64,000 nt of DNA from Candidatus Oxydemutator sp. (GTDB lineage Bacteria; Pseudomonadota; Gammaproteobacteria; Poriferisulfidales; Oxydemutatoraceae), in contig OZ241883.1 in assembly GCA_965203445.1 (NCBI GenBank), positions 1,088,001 to 1,152,000 on the forward strand, read 5' to 3'. Shown one piece after another: positions 24,201-30,623 of the stretch (position 1 is its first letter; each line of letters opens with the position of its first letter). Under the pieces are notes generated by a model. The model was not told the DNA's origin, searched no databases, and saw only the letters and a list, made by a program, of their open reading frames with translations. Both the position numbers and the translations under genes were made by a program.

Positions 24201-27200
24201 TCCCGTCGGCGCGGGTGCGCGACTTGAGGAAAACGCCGCGGCGACGTTCGTCGTCGAGTTTCGGCCGTTTAACCACCGTGCCGCGGGCGCGGTTACGATG
24301 GCGTGGAGCGCCACGGTCGACGCCCAGGCGAACACCGGCGCGGCGAACGCCCCGGGCAACGCCGACCTGTCGCCGGATTCCGGTATCGCGCGGATAGAGG
24401 CGGGCGACACGAACGCCGCGTTCACGGTAACGGCGCGCCAGGACGCGCTTGCGGAAGGCGAGGAGACCTTTACCGTCGGTCTTGGAGCCGTCGGCGCCGA
24501 GACCGGCGTCGGCGTCGTTACGCCGGGGGCTTCGACGACGGTGCAAACGACGATAGCGGCGAACGCCGCGGCCACGCGCTTTGTATCGGTGCGCGCTCCG
24601 GCGGGAGTGACGACGGTGGACGAGGCGGCATTGGTTACGTTCACGGTCGAGTTGGCGGGCGAGGCGCCGGAGGCCGGGGCGCCGCTGCTGGTGGATTGGA
24701 ACCTTGCCGGCGAAGCCGAAGAAGGCGCGGATTACGCCGCCGTTGCGACGACGGCGTTGCGTTTTACGACCACGGGCTCTCAGACGGTGTCGGTGCGGTT
24801 GACCGACGATCAGCTGAACGAGGCGCGGGAGGCTCTGATACTCGAGATCACCGGCGCCCGCGGTGGCGGCGCTCCGCCGCCGGCGGTGGCTACGTCGAGG
24901 GCCCTGGTGTGGATCATTGACGACGATCCGGTCGCGTATCGTATCGGCGCGGCACCGGGCGGTTTCGTGAGCGTTTCCGAGGCTGCCGGCGCGCGCCCGT
25001 CGCTACGCGTTGACCTTGACCGTGCCTCCGCCGGCGACGTTCGCGTCTCTTATACGGTAGTCGCCGGCAGCGCCGTCGGCGGTGTCGACTACGACGGCGC
25101 CGCGGGCGTGGTCACGATAGGCGCGGGCCGGACGAGTACCGAGTTTCGGCCGATTGCGGTAATAGACGACAACCGCAACGAACCGACCGAGACGCTCGTT
25201 GTAGCCTTGGACGCGGCGCCGATCGCGCAGCTCGATCCGCGCACGGGTTCCGTCGTTCCCGCGACGAGTCCGCCGTCGCGTGCCGAAGTGCGGATTATTG
25301 ACGACGACGCGGCACGCTACTCGATCGCGGCGTTGTCCTCAATCGTGGCGGAAGGCGCCACCGCCAATTTTGACGCGGGCCTCGGGAACGTCGTCGCGAA
25401 CGCACCGGTTACGCTGACCTATACGGTGGCGAGCAGCGCCCCGAACCCGGGCGACGCCCGCGCGGATTTCCATGACCCCGGCGACGGGCGCGCGGTCATC
25501 GCCGCCGGGAGCGGCGGTACGCGCGTTATGGTTCACGTCGCCCGCGACGGCGTCGCCGAAGCCGCGGAAACGCTGACGCTACGGTTGACCGGCGTCGCCG
25601 GTACTTGCGCCGGCTGCGGCATCATGGGTGCGGGCGATCCGTTGTCCGCGCAAGTGACGATACCGGCCAACGCGACCGCGGCGCGCACGTTCGCGGTGGT
25701 GACGCGCAGCGACGTTTTGCGCGTCGCCGAAGGCGACGCCATTTCCTACAACGTCGAGCTGGACGGGGCAGCTTTGGTCGCCGACGTCCGCTTGACGTGG
25801 CGCGTGGTCGGCGTCGGCGGCAATCCGACGGAAGCCGCCGATTTCACGGCCGTCACCGGGGCCGTGACGTTCACGTCGGGCGCCGCCGCCGGCAGTACGC
25901 GGGCGTTCACGGTTTCCATTGCATCGGATACGTTGAACGAGGGTGCCGAGCAATACGTGATCCTGTTGGAGACGGACGACGTTGATTCGGCGGTGGCCGC
26001 GCCGCGTTTTCGCACGACGGTAGAGGACGATGCCGGTGATCGCATAGTGCTCTCGATCAGCCGTATAGACGGCGGCGATTTGTCGGAGGGTGCCGTGGAT
26101 GCCGCTGATCGGCGCGCCGAGTTTCAGATCGAGGCCGGGAACGCGACGGCCACGGCGGTGGTCACGTTTTCGTTGACGGTTAGCGGAAGCGGCGTTACGT
26201 CCGAGGACTACGGCGGGGTGGTCAGCGGGGCGTCGCTTACGATCAGTCCGCCGAGCACGCGCCTAGTGGTGACGTTGGAGGCGTTGGACGACGATTTGAA
26301 CGAAGGCGACGAGACGCTCAGGCTTGCGCTACGGGGCGACGGGCGCAGCGCGGGCGCCGTCTCCCTGGCGGCGCCTCCGTTGGCCGCGGCCGTCGCGACC
26401 ATCGCGCGCAGCGATCCGACCACGGTTTCGCTGGAACGTACCGCGGTGAGCGACATGGGGGAGGCGGACATGGCCAGGTTTGCGGCGCGCCTGAGCGGTG
26501 GCAGGATCGCGCGCCCGGTGGCGATGGAATGGCGCGTCGTAACCGGGAGCGGCGCCGGGCGCGCGTCGAACGAGGACTTTGGGAATATGGGCGGCAACCT
26601 GGAGATAGAGGCCGGGCGCACGCGCGGCGAGATCGGCGTCGCGCTGTTGGAAGACAACGTTCGGGAACCGGACGAGCGCTATTGGGTGAAGCTCGCCAAC
26701 CCGCGCGGCGGCGGCGGCGCCGGGGTCGTGCTCGGGGTGTCTCAGGTGAGCGCAATCATCAGGCAGCTGGATCGTACGCCGCCGGTGCTCGAAGGGGTGG
26801 CTTACGCCCCCCGCCAGAAGCACGTGTGGCTGAAATCGGTCGGCGACGAGGCGCTCGGTATTTTGTTGCCTTCCGAGGCGCGTTTGCCGGACGTGCTGCG
26901 CGAGGACGGCGTCGCTCTGGATGGCTTCACGATGTGGACGATGGTCGGCGGCGAGCGCCGGATGATCGACGTAGTCAGCACGAGTTACCACGCCCCGCAC
27001 GCGGTGGTGCTGAATCTTGCGCGTGAAATAAGCGAGGACGCCGGCGGGCTGTTCGCGGACTACGTGTATCCGGGAGACGGTCTCGGCATCTTCGACCGCG
27101 CGCTCGAGGCGGGGGTCGCGGACGCGCGCTTCGGGCGCAGCCAGATCGTGTCGCAGATCGGTATCACGATACCGTTCAGCACGACCAGCGACCTCGACAA

Positions 27201-29187
27201 GGATTGCTTTCCGGACGCCGCCGAGGCGCGCCTGAACTTGAACCCGCTGGCGCCGCCGACGCCGAAGCAGCAGGCCGAGATACCGCGCGTGCGTCTAAGC
27301 CGCGGCGTCGGCGGCGTCGCGTACATCGCGTATTCGGGCATGCGCCGGGAGAACGTCGCCACGCACCTGGGGGTGGCGACGACCGGCGCGACGCCGGTGA
27401 GCCTCGCCGCGTACTACCTGTCGGACACTTTCGGCTACAGCGGAGCGTATCCGCCGGGCGGTTATGGTTGCACCGGTCTGTTTCCCGCCAACGGTTATCA
27501 GCAGAATCTGGCGCGTGGCGGTTGCGCGCTGGTGGATTTCGCCAACGTGCCGACCGGGGTCGAGCACCGCATCGGCTGGCTGGCGAAGGGATCGTCGGGT
27601 TACTGGCACGTGACGACGGGCAGCGGTTCGGCGACGGACAGCTGCCTGCCGGAGCAGAGGATCTGGCGCGTGCGCGAGGTTCACGTGGATGATGAGCGCC
27701 TGTTTTTTGCACCCGGAGCGGTGGCCACGGCTACGCTCCCGGTTGGCGCGCGTCACGACGGCGCGGCGGCCGTGGCGCCGTTGACGCTCGATTTCTCGAA
27801 CGTGGCGCCGGCTGTGAACGCGGTCGAACGCACGTTCAGCGCCGAGGTGTCGAAAGGCGCGGGCACGCGCGCCTCGACGCATGGTATCTTGGATTTGCGG
27901 GCGGGCCGGTCGTCGGTGTTGTGGCGCGCCGACGAGGCTGCGGGCGTTTTGGACCCGAATCGCTTTTCGCTGGGTCTGGCTACGCAAACGCACGTGATAC
28001 GCGCGGTGCCCGCGAACCTGCCGCCGGCGCTTGGGCGGCCGCGGCTGATGCACGGGGGCGGAGTGCGCAGCGTGCTGGTCCATGGGCGCGCGGGCTACGT
28101 CCTCGAGGTCGCGGCGGCCAACCTGGCGGCGCGAGCGGCGCCCGAGGCGTTCGATGAAAGCGGGGCGCTGTCGGGGTTGACGGTGACGCCGCGCGCGGAT
28201 TCGTTCGAGGTTGGTTTCGACGTGCGCGATGGTTTGGCGACGACCACGGCGGCGTTGCGCGTGGTCGCGTACGCGGCGGGCGGCGCCTCGGCGACGGTCG
28301 CGTACAGTTGGCCGCTGGTGGCGGCGTCGAACCCGCTGGCCGAGGCCGCGCGCGATACGGACGGCGACGGCGACGGCATCCCCGATGCATACGACTGGTG
28401 GCGTGCAAGTACGGAAATGCGCGGCGCGTTGTTGCCGGTGCCGGTATCGGATCGGTCGCGTGATTCGGCGGGCAGGTACCCCGGCCACCATATCCGCCCG
28501 GCGCTGCCGTTGCATCGGCTGCGCAGCGGAGCCGAGACGCGCGAACACGCGCGCGAACGCTCGGCGGCGGGAGAGCCGCTGCGCTACGGCGATTATTCGG
28601 CGGCGATGCTCGGCGCCGCCACCGCCGACTATAGCTTCGAGTTGTACGGCGTAGATCACGACGTGGGCGAAGACGGCGTGGCGCGCGGCGGCGCCGGGGG
28701 CGTGATCATCGCGTTGCCGTTGTATCTGCGCGAGGCCGGCATGCACCTGTCCCAGGCGTTCGACGTTTCCGCCGGCGACGGCTACGGCTTTGCGCGCCAG
28801 GGCCTAAGCGGAGGTTGCCCCGACGATACCCGGGACGCCGGCAGCCCCTACCGCGACGATGCCGGCAATCTCAAAAACAGCGCCGGGGCCCCGGGCGACG
28901 GCTGCCTCGCGCTGTATATAGTGGATGGCGGCGCCAATGACGGAGACGGCGTCCTCAACGGTTCGATCCGCGAGCCGTTCGGGAGACTGATCATCATGAG
29001 CGGCACGGGTAGTTTCGAAACCAGTGGCGGGTATTTCGGCTTTGCCGATCTGTCGCTATTGGCGCTGATGCTGCTGTTGCTGCTGTTGCTGTCGCTTGGC
29101 GGGAGAAACCGTCGTCGCAAACCGGCCCATGGAGCAGCCCGGTCTTCTCCCAGAGGGACAGGGGAAAGGTACTGTTTCGGGAGATGA
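6259..29187 (+). CDS. Giant (7642 aa) Calx-beta-like repeat adhesin with C-terminal GlyGly-CTERM-like sorting signal
   Basis: Signal-peptide-like ...CLSICTVAFA|QTT; dozens of ~120-aa modules (VxEG...DY...DDxxNEGxE...TIxDDD); DxDGDGIPD Ca-binding motif; tail SGG + hydrophobic helix + RNRRRK. Start codon uncertain. Confidence 0.9.
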   Translation: MGGGVACCLSICTVAFAQTTDSYQVGFSGGSIFHSESFFSPRPSFIQLSIGAGSSLPTTLTADVVMRWRVTTRSGVDNPAEPEDFLITSGTVTFSAGIDVRRPVYQSFYVPMRDDNLNEGQEQFTLLLEVLAGPATTSLVLANTRDSVIFGDENDRAGVAFDFEVGDLAEGSATTWHITLSDSVPLVPWTMDYSETGDDVTDADYRLIAVSGVRFEATTIGGGYVHVEAGPLTKTFIVEIVDDGYNEAREELRLRFRRPKNREEIYTNAIDVSQTLTIPANDPTTYSMEASYPGIAEGTTAAFVVIAGGGTPTAPVTLAWSLEGTGVNPASASDFARVSGMVTVTPGEAPAIPIHAVRDRFAEENEQFRLNLDGASGGRPQGGGAIVTGRSSGLTMILYSLGSETMGLERAAYTIEEGKTTQVCVVASHPVQMDRDDFYLSLSTTATGSAVADSHYAAFSDRLVGPFNATTQRACTSVEALVNLHDGGVEDFSLELKKPAGLARVEISTASAAVTITKGDVVVAALSRESRFGGAVTDESEFSIILHVVLLDTDGGKNPIQSPWREGAIIEYRLSGTARSGTETDAARDYAVFYIPPDSSVYEPDAKSFDVASSTGTLPINVNSQRGEIILDLHQDNRNEDDEYVTIELLRVVTGSSRIRIFDYVSKTATTIIVDDDPIVVHVQPPPPAAEGTTAVYTVSLGAVPTRPVRVPYLVTTSTETTTPRAAPQDFVGTFPRAGALVFTEDDFATRSVSVPVSHDGLTEDAEYFHLVVTSSAITGSYGAARTPTTRSEATILASNQLDVSAGILPMDLFGGSGTEFDLAFDGVTLTIDLTDANGNLTTPTAPVAIAYRLSGTAVGGAARGAGIDYHYTFDYDEATSLGVAMITPSNRFPGRALLPITVVPDLVNEPSEEVRIELREVTMGGLLVSWPPTTPSASFTILDDDAIRYGVVVDRVRVSEDAQAVVRFTLEFREDNPRYALLRSAGDIEVPYTLTGSATYGEDYRVVGLSSSRTIPIAARETSTSFEVVVLDDASNEGSETITVSLGEPPIIGVGAGIVSRSATRGVATVVIERSDAVTYSVASLVSRVREGEDAEFVVGLEGGVAGAPITLTYAVSSSDPNPGGAADFVGAATGEVAIAAGVSSASLAIRVAQDARAESTETLTVRLTGVAVGDGGGVVVAGVTSASVEVSANAATLRTFRVTTRTEVASVGEGAVVGYVVTLSGAAPGADVDVAWGVAGIGVNPASSEDFVAVSGTVRFTPMDASGSTRGFVVGIAEDTLNEGDERYAVGLTMPDADSAVSGMPELTITDDVADRLELSISRIDAGDLSEGAVDAADRRAEFRVQVGASTATAAVTFSLTVTGSGVTSGDYGGVVDGAPLVIRAPSTRMVVVLEALDDNLNEGDEELIVGLDAGVRSAGAAGLVSDARMTTATATISRNDATLVSVSGVASVGVSEGSSAVFALSLSGGEATLPVLVEWRVTTGASVGEASDEDFERTSGVSEFAVGTTTVRVYVAIRSDGLAEGVETYDLRLSRARGGGGGGASVDAASGSATGTILASNQLDVSAGILPMDLFGGSGTEFDLAFDGVTLTIDLTDANGNLTTPTAPVAITYRLSGTAVGGAATEARRDYTWPVGYSSTASSGVAVITPSNRFPGRALLPITVVPDLVNEPSEEVRIELREVTMGGLLVSWPPTTPSASFTILDDDAIRYGVVVDRVRVSEDAQAVVRFTLEFREDNPRYALLRSAGDIEVPYTLTGSATYGEDYRVVGLSSSRTIPIAARETSTSFEVVVLDDASNEGSETITVSLGEPPVVSTGAGVVTRSATQFMATVVIERSDAVTYSVASLVSRVREGEDAEFVVGLEGGVAGAPITLTYAVSSSDPNPGGAADFVGAATGEVAIAAGVSSASLAIRVAQDARAESAETLTVRLTGVVVGAGGGVVVAGVTSASVEVSANAATLRTFRVTTRTEVASVGEGAVVGYVVTLSGAAPGADVDVAWGVAGIGVNPASSEDFVAVSGTVRFTPSDASGSTRGFVVGIAEDTLNEGDERYAVRLTMPDADSAVSGMPELTITDDVADRLELSISRIDAGDLSEGAVDAADRRAEFRVQVGASTATAAVTFSLTVTGSGVTSGDYGGVVDGAPLVIRAPSTRMVVVLEALDDNLNEGDEELIVGLDAGVRSAGAAGLVSDARMTTATATISRNDATLVSVSGVASVGVSEGSSAVFALSLSGGEATLPVLVEWRVTTGASVGEASDEDFERTSGVSEFAVGTTTVRVYVAIRSDGLAEGVETYDLRLSRARGGGGGGASVDAASGSATGTILANDPLAVSLSVLPANIPSDGLREAEYAVVPPAFRIGLLDAFGTPTRAPSPVAITYRLSGAAAGGTATEARRDYTWPVGYSAASASGVARITGAASSARVVVVVVDDMLNESSERVGIELLEVATGGALVSWPPPTTGTGFTILDDDAIGYGVVVDRARVSEAASSRATFTLELRSALNRPLASAGDVEVPYTLTGSAAYGEDYRVGLSSSGMIRLAAGSTSASFEVVVLDDASNEGSETITVSLGEPPVVSTGAGVVTRSATQFMATVVIERSDAVTYSVASLVSRVREGEDAEFVVGLEGGVAGAPITLTYAVSSSDPNPGGAADFVGAATGEVAIAAGVSSASLAIRVAQDARAESAETLTVRLTGVAVGAGGGVVVAGVTSASVEVSANAATLRTFRVTTRTEVASVGEGAVVGYVVTLSGAAPGADVDVAWGVAGIGVNPASSEDFVAVSGTVRFTPSDASGSTRGFVVGIAEDTLNEGDERYAVRLTMPDADSAVSGMPELTITDDVADRLELSISRIDAGDLSEGAVDAADRRAEFRVQVGASTATAAVTFSLTVTGSGVTSGDYGGVVDGAPLTIRAPSTRMVVVLEALDDNLNEGDEELIVGLDAGVRSAGAAGLVSDARMTTATATISRNDATLVSVSGVASVGVSEGSSAVFALSLSGGEATLPVLVEWRVTTGASVGEASDEDFERTSGVSEFAVGTTTVRVYVAIRSDGLAEGVETYDLRLSRARGGGGGGASVDAASGSATGTILANDPLTVSLSVLPANIPSDGLRETEYAGVPPAFRIGLLDAFGTPSRAPSPVAITYRLSGAAAGGTATEARRDYTWPVGYSAASASGVARITGAASSARVVVVVVDDVLNESSERVGIELLEVATGGALVSWPPPTTGTGFTILDDDAIGYGVVVDRARVSEASSSRATFTLELRGALNRPLASAGDVEVPYTLTGSAAYGEDYRVGLSSSGMIRLAAGSTSASFEVVVLDDASNEGSETITVSLGEPPVVSTGAGVVTRSATQFMATVVIERSDAVTYSVASLVSRVREGEDAEFVVGLEGGVAGAPITLTYAVSSSDPNPGGAADFVGAATGEVAIAAGVSSASLAIRVAQDARAESAETLTVRLTGVAVGAGGGVVVAGVTSASVEVSANAATLRTFRVTTRTEVASVGEGAVVGYVVTLSGAAPGADVDVAWGVAGIGVNPASSEDFMAVSGTVRFTPSDASGSTRGFVVGIAEDTLNEGDERYAVRLTMPDADSAVSGMPELTITDDVADRLELSISRIDAGDLSEGAVDAADRRAEFRVQVGASTATAAVTFSLTVTGSGVTSGDYGGVVDGAPLVIRAPSTRMVVVLEALDDNLNEGDEELIVGLDAGVRSAGAAGLVSDARMTTATATISRNDATLVSVSGVASVGVSEGSSAVFALSLSGGEATLPVLVEWRVTTGASVGEASDEDFERTSGVSEFAVGTTTVRVYVAIRSDGLAEGVETYDLRLSRARGGGGGGASVDAASGSATGTILANDPLTVSLSVLPANIPSDGLRETEYAVVPPAFRIGLLDAFGTPTRAPSPVAITYRLSGAAAGGTATEARRDYTWPVGYSAASASGVARITGAASSARVVVVVVDDMLNESSERVGIELLEVATGGALVSWPPPTTGTGFTILDDDAIGYGVVVDRARVSEAASSRATFTLELRSALNRPLASAGDVEVPYTLTGSAAYGEDYRVGLSSSGMIRLAAGSTSASFEVVVLDDASNEGSETITVSLGEPPIIGVGAGIVSRSATQFMATVVIERSDAVTYSVASLVSRVREGEDAEFVVGLEGGVAGAPITLTYAVSSSDPNPGGAADFVGAATGEVAIAAGVSSASLAIRVAQDARAESTETLTVRLTGVAVGAGGGVVVAGVTSASVEVSANAATLRTFRVTTRTEVASVGEGAVVGYVVTLSGAAPGADVDVAWGVAGIGVNPASSEDFVAVSGTVRFTPMDASGSTRGFVVGIAEDTLNEGDERYAVRLTMPDADSAVSGMPELTITDDVADRLELSISRIDAGDLSEGAVDAADRRAEFRVQVGASTATAAVTFSLTVTGSGVTSGDYGGVVDGAPLTIRAPSTRMVVVLEALDDNLNEGDEELIVGLDAGVRSAGAAGLVSDARMTTATATISRNDATLVSVSGVASVGVSEGSSAVFALSLSGGEATLPVLVEWRVTTGASVGEASDEDFERTSGVSEFAVGTTTVRVYVAIRSDGLAEGVETYDLRLSRARGGGGGGASVDAASGSATGTILANDPLTVSLSVLPANIPSDGLRETEYAVVPPAFRIGLLDAFGTPTRAPSPVAITYRLSGAAAGGTATEARRDYTWPVGYSAASASGVARITGAASSARVVVVVVDDMLNESSEGVGIELLGVATGGALVSWPPTTTGTGFTILDDDAIGYGVVVDRARVSEAASSRATFTLELRSALNRPLASAGDVEVPYTLTGSATYGEDYRAGLSSSGMIRLAAGSTSASFEVAVLDDASNEDSETITVSLGEPPIIGIGAGIVSRSATQFMATVVIERSDAVTYSVASLVSRVREGEDAEFVVGLEGGVAGAPITLTYAVSSSDPNPGGAADFVGAATGEVAIAAGVSSASLAIRVAQDARAESAETLTVRLTGVVVGAGGGVVVAGVTSASVEVSANAATLRTFRVTTRTEVASVGEGAVVGYVVTLSGAAPGADVDVAWGVAGIGVNPASSEDFVAVSGTVRFTPSDASGSTRGFVVGIAEDTLNEGDERYAVRLTMPDADSAVSGMPELTITDDVADRLELSISRIDAGDLSEGAVDAADRRAEFRVQVGASTATAAVTFSLTVTGSGVTSGDYGGVVDGAPLVIRAPSTRMVVVLEALDDNLNEGDEELIVGLDAGVRSAGAAGLVSDARMTTATATISRNDATLVSVEGTAQSVGVSEGSSAVFVLSLSGGEATLPVLVEWRVTTGASVGEASDEDFERTSGVSEFAVGTTTVRVYVAIRSDGLAEGVETYDLRLSRARGGGGGGASVDAASGSATGTILANDPLTVSLSAPSRRVEEGATAVFQVRLTNARNVPTRAPLPVTVEYALSGAAMGGAAGDVARDYDYPSGYGATTGTGTVTISTGTTDAAIALTVANDGRNEADEDIEITLLRLVAGSDVAGLATIVSAVVTVADADPIVAAVAARESRKNEGEDFLFTVTLSGGSREAPVTVPYRIMGIGADPAEATDWRDRSGGGIEIAATATTGLIIVRALIDDEGEGAEGLRVTLSTPTGVGVVGVARVDGARASATVEINPSMQINLSFALAGPADAAEGTTATYRVVFTGNGGRSAPPTTFTVTVTAVTAQGADFVGAGVATVADVVFSGEATGAAKSFGVALLDDDLSEGTETYRVVIAPVGGAPVITNDTVETAIAASDPLQVELVPPGVALRDEGAAGATTRVSFGVSLTPSPNVPDGDVVIRYALSGDAGAADYGDDTGGSVTVATGETTTQIRITIVGDDAYEPDEELVVALQSVQGANVSLSASSRASVTIVNDDPLPVVSFALEGPRRAAENTTATYVVTFTDSAGRSAPSTNVAIGVLAGAGVEGADFDGGVLPSRTLAFDGEASGSTKSFFVKIIDDSLSETTESYVVRISDAAVGASATVATAIARSNPLTTVLRRTAPVGAGARLEENAAATFVVEFRPFNHRAAGAVTMAWSATVDAQANTGAANAPGNADLSPDSGIARIEAGDTNAAFTVTARQDALAEGEETFTVGLGAVGAETGVGVVTPGASTTVQTTIAANAAATRFVSVRAPAGVTTVDEAALVTFTVELAGEAPEAGAPLLVDWNLAGEAEEGADYAAVATTALRFTTTGSQTVSVRLTDDQLNEAREALILEITGARGGGAPPPAVATSRALVWIIDDDPVAYRIGAAPGGFVSVSEAAGARPSLRVDLDRASAGDVRVSYTVVAGSAVGGVDYDGAAGVVTIGAGRTSTEFRPIAVIDDNRNEPTETLVVALDAAPIAQLDPRTGSVVPATSPPSRAEVRIIDDDAARYSIAALSSIVAEGATANFDAGLGNVVANAPVTLTYTVASSAPNPGDARADFHDPGDGRAVIAAGSGGTRVMVHVARDGVAEAAETLTLRLTGVAGTCAGCGIMGAGDPLSAQVTIPANATAARTFAVVTRSDVLRVAEGDAISYNVELDGAALVADVRLTWRVVGVGGNPTEAADFTAVTGAVTFTSGAAAGSTRAFTVSIASDTLNEGAEQYVILLETDDVDSAVAAPRFRTTVEDDAGDRIVLSISRIDGGDLSEGAVDAADRRAEFQIEAGNATATAVVTFSLTVSGSGVTSEDYGGVVSGASLTISPPSTRLVVTLEALDDDLNEGDETLRLALRGDGRSAGAVSLAAPPLAAAVATIARSDPTTVSLERTAVSDMGEADMARFAARLSGGRIARPVAMEWRVVTGSGAGRASNEDFGNMGGNLEIEAGRTRGEIGVALLEDNVREPDERYWVKLANPRGGGGAGVVLGVSQVSAIIRQLDRTPPVLEGVAYAPRQKHVWLKSVGDEALGILLPSEARLPDVLREDGVALDGFTMWTMVGGERRMIDVVSTSYHAPHAVVLNLAREISEDAGGLFADYVYPGDGLGIFDRALEAGVADARFGRSQIVSQIGITIPFSTTSDLDKDCFPDAAEARLNLNPLAPPTPKQQAEIPRVRLSRGVGGVAYIAYSGMRRENVATHLGVATTGATPVSLAAYYLSDTFGYSGAYPPGGYGCTGLFPANGYQQNLARGGCALVDFANVPTGVEHRIGWLAKGSSGYWHVTTGSGSATDSCLPEQRIWRVREVHVDDERLFFAPGAVATATLPVGARHDGAAAVAPLTLDFSNVAPAVNAVERTFSAEVSKGAGTRASTHGILDLRAGRSSVLWRADEAAGVLDPNRFSLGLATQTHVIRAVPANLPPALGRPRLMHGGGVRSVLVHGRAGYVLEVAAANLAARAAPEAFDESGALSGLTVTPRADSFEVGFDVRDGLATTTAALRVVAYAAGGASATVAYSWPLVAASNPLAEAARDTDGDGDGIPDAYDWWRASTEMRGALLPVPVSDRSRDSAGRYPGHHIRPALPLHRLRSGAETREHARERSAAGEPLRYGDYSAAMLGAATADYSFELYGVDHDVGEDGVARGGAGGVIIALPLYLREAGMHLSQAFDVSAGDGYGFARQGLSGGCPDDTRDAGSPYRDDAGNLKNSAGAPGDGCLALYIVDGGANDGDGVLNGSIREPFGRLIIMSGTGSFETSGGYFGFADLSLLALMLLLLLLLSLGGRNRRRKPAHGAARSSPRGTGERYCFGR
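8641..22340 (+). repeat. Six near-identical in-frame tandem units of 2292, 2292, 2274, 2274, 2274 and 2277 bp
   Basis: Anchor ACGATACTTGCGA recurs at 8641, 10933, 13225, 15499, 17773, 20047 and 22324. Confidence 0.95.
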
Positions 29188-29201
29188 GTAGCGGTGAGGG
29201 G
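29144..29201. repeat. Degenerate REP-like palindrome overlapping the adhesin 3' end
   Basis: cttctcccagagggacagggg...gggaga...ggtgagggg. Confidence 0.45.
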
Positions 29202-29233
29202 ACATCCGTCGGGCGTATCCGGCGCGGCGGCGG

Positions 29234-29242
29234 TGTTATAAT
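29234..29242 (+). promoter_or_regulatory. Extended -10 promoter, probably leaderless transcript
   Basis: TGTTATAAT followed by 6 nt and then the ATG at 29249. Confidence 0.65.
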
Positions 29243-29248
29243 CGGGCC

Positions 29249-30085
29249 ATGTACAAGACGCTGGTTTCGACCGAGGTACTGGCACGGCATCTGGACGACC
29301 GCCGGTGGGTCGTGTTCGACTGCCGCTTTGACGTAACCCGCCCCGAATGGGGGCGGCGGGAGTACGCCAAACAACATATCGCCGGCGCCATTTACGCCGA
29401 TCTTGATAAGGATTTGTCGTCGCCGCCGGGTGCGGGCGACGGGCGCCATCCGTTGCCGGCGCCCGACGCGCTGTGCGCGCGGCTTTCTGCGTGGGGCGTC
29501 GGCGCCGACACCCAGGTGGTCGTCTATGACGAGAGCGTCGGCGCCGTCGCCGCGCGCACGTGGTGGTCGCTGCGCTGGCTGGGACACGAGGCGGTGGCGC
29601 TGCTCGACGGCTGCCTCGGCAAGTGGCTGAAAGAAGGGCGCCCGGTCAGCGACGAGGCGCCGCGCCCGGTGCCCGCGGTCTTTCGCGGGCGCGCCGACGA
29701 TACCGCGTGGGTTGCGACCGACGACGTCTTGCGCCAACTCGACGACGCCGATTCGGTCGTGATAGACGCGCGCCCGCCCGAACGTTTCTCCGGCGAGCGC
29801 GAGACCGTGGACGCGGTCGGCGGCCACATCCCGAACGCGGTCAATCACCCGCTGATGGAAAACGTCGGCGACGACGGCTGCTTCTTGTCGCCGCAACTGC
29901 TGCGCCGGCGATACCAGCCGTTGCACAAACAAACGACGATACATTCCTGCGGTTCGGGCGTGACCGCGTGCCACAATCTGTTGGCGATGGAGGCCGCCGG
30001 CCTGCCCGGCTCCAAGCTCTACGTCGGTTCGTGGAGCGAGTGGATCCGCTCGCCGCAAAGACCCGTCGCCAGGGGGAAGGAATAA
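29249..30085 (+). CDS. Two-domain sulfurtransferase (SseA/rhodanese family)
   Basis: HIAGAIYADL, GRHPLP, GHIPNAVN, CGSGVTAC, LYVGSWSEW. Confidence 0.92.
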   Translation: MYKTLVSTEVLARHLDDRRWVVFDCRFDVTRPEWGRREYAKQHIAGAIYADLDKDLSSPPGAGDGRHPLPAPDALCARLSAWGVGADTQVVVYDESVGAVAARTWWSLRWLGHEAVALLDGCLGKWLKEGRPVSDEAPRPVPAVFRGRADDTAWVATDDVLRQLDDADSVVIDARPPERFSGERETVDAVGGHIPNAVNHPLMENVGDDGCFLSPQLLRRRYQPLHKQTTIHSCGSGVTACHNLLAMEAAGLPGSKLYVGSWSEWIRSPQRPVARGKE

Positions 30086-30086
30086 C

Positions 30087-30623
30087 GTGAAAACAATAAA
30101 CGTGGATGAATTGAAAGAGGCCTTGGATCGCGGCGACGATATTCTGCTGGTGGACGTAAGGACGCCGCAGGAGTATCTGGCGTCGAAGATCGCCGCGGCC
30201 GTATCCATGCCGCTGACGCATTTCGATCATTTCGCGCCGTCGCTCGACAAGGGGCGCGCGGTGCACGTGACGTGCGGTTCCGGCGCGCGTGCCGCGGAAT
30301 TCTGCCGGCGGCTCGAGCGCTTGGGCCATGCGCCGGTGTTAGTCGAGGGCGGGCTTTCGGCGTGGACGAAGCGCGGTTATCCGGTCGAGACTGGCCCCAG
30401 GCAACCGTGGTCCATCGAGCGCCAGGTTCGTTTCGGCACCGGGGCGCTGGTGCTGCTCGGCGTCGTTCTCGGCGTCGTCGCAGACCCTCGTTACGTCTAT
30501 CTTGCGGGCTTTATCGGGCTGGGATTGATGGTCGCCGCGGTGACCAATTTTTGCGGCTTGTCGGTGTTGCTGTCGAAGATGCCGTGGAACAGGATGGACG
30601 CGCCCGGGAAGCCGGCGGCGTGA
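30087..30623 (+). CDS. Rhodanese domain plus C-terminal membrane domain (YgaP/DUF2892-like)
   Basis: DVRTPQEY, CGSGARA, IERQVR...G, CGL...LSKMPWN. Confidence 0.88.
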   Translation: MKTINVDELKEALDRGDDILLVDVRTPQEYLASKIAAAVSMPLTHFDHFAPSLDKGRAVHVTCGSGARAAEFCRRLERLGHAPVLVEGGLSAWTKRGYPVETGPRQPWSIERQVRFGTGALVLLGVVLGVVADPRYVYLAGFIGLGLMVAAVTNFCGLSVLLSKMPWNRMDAPGKPAA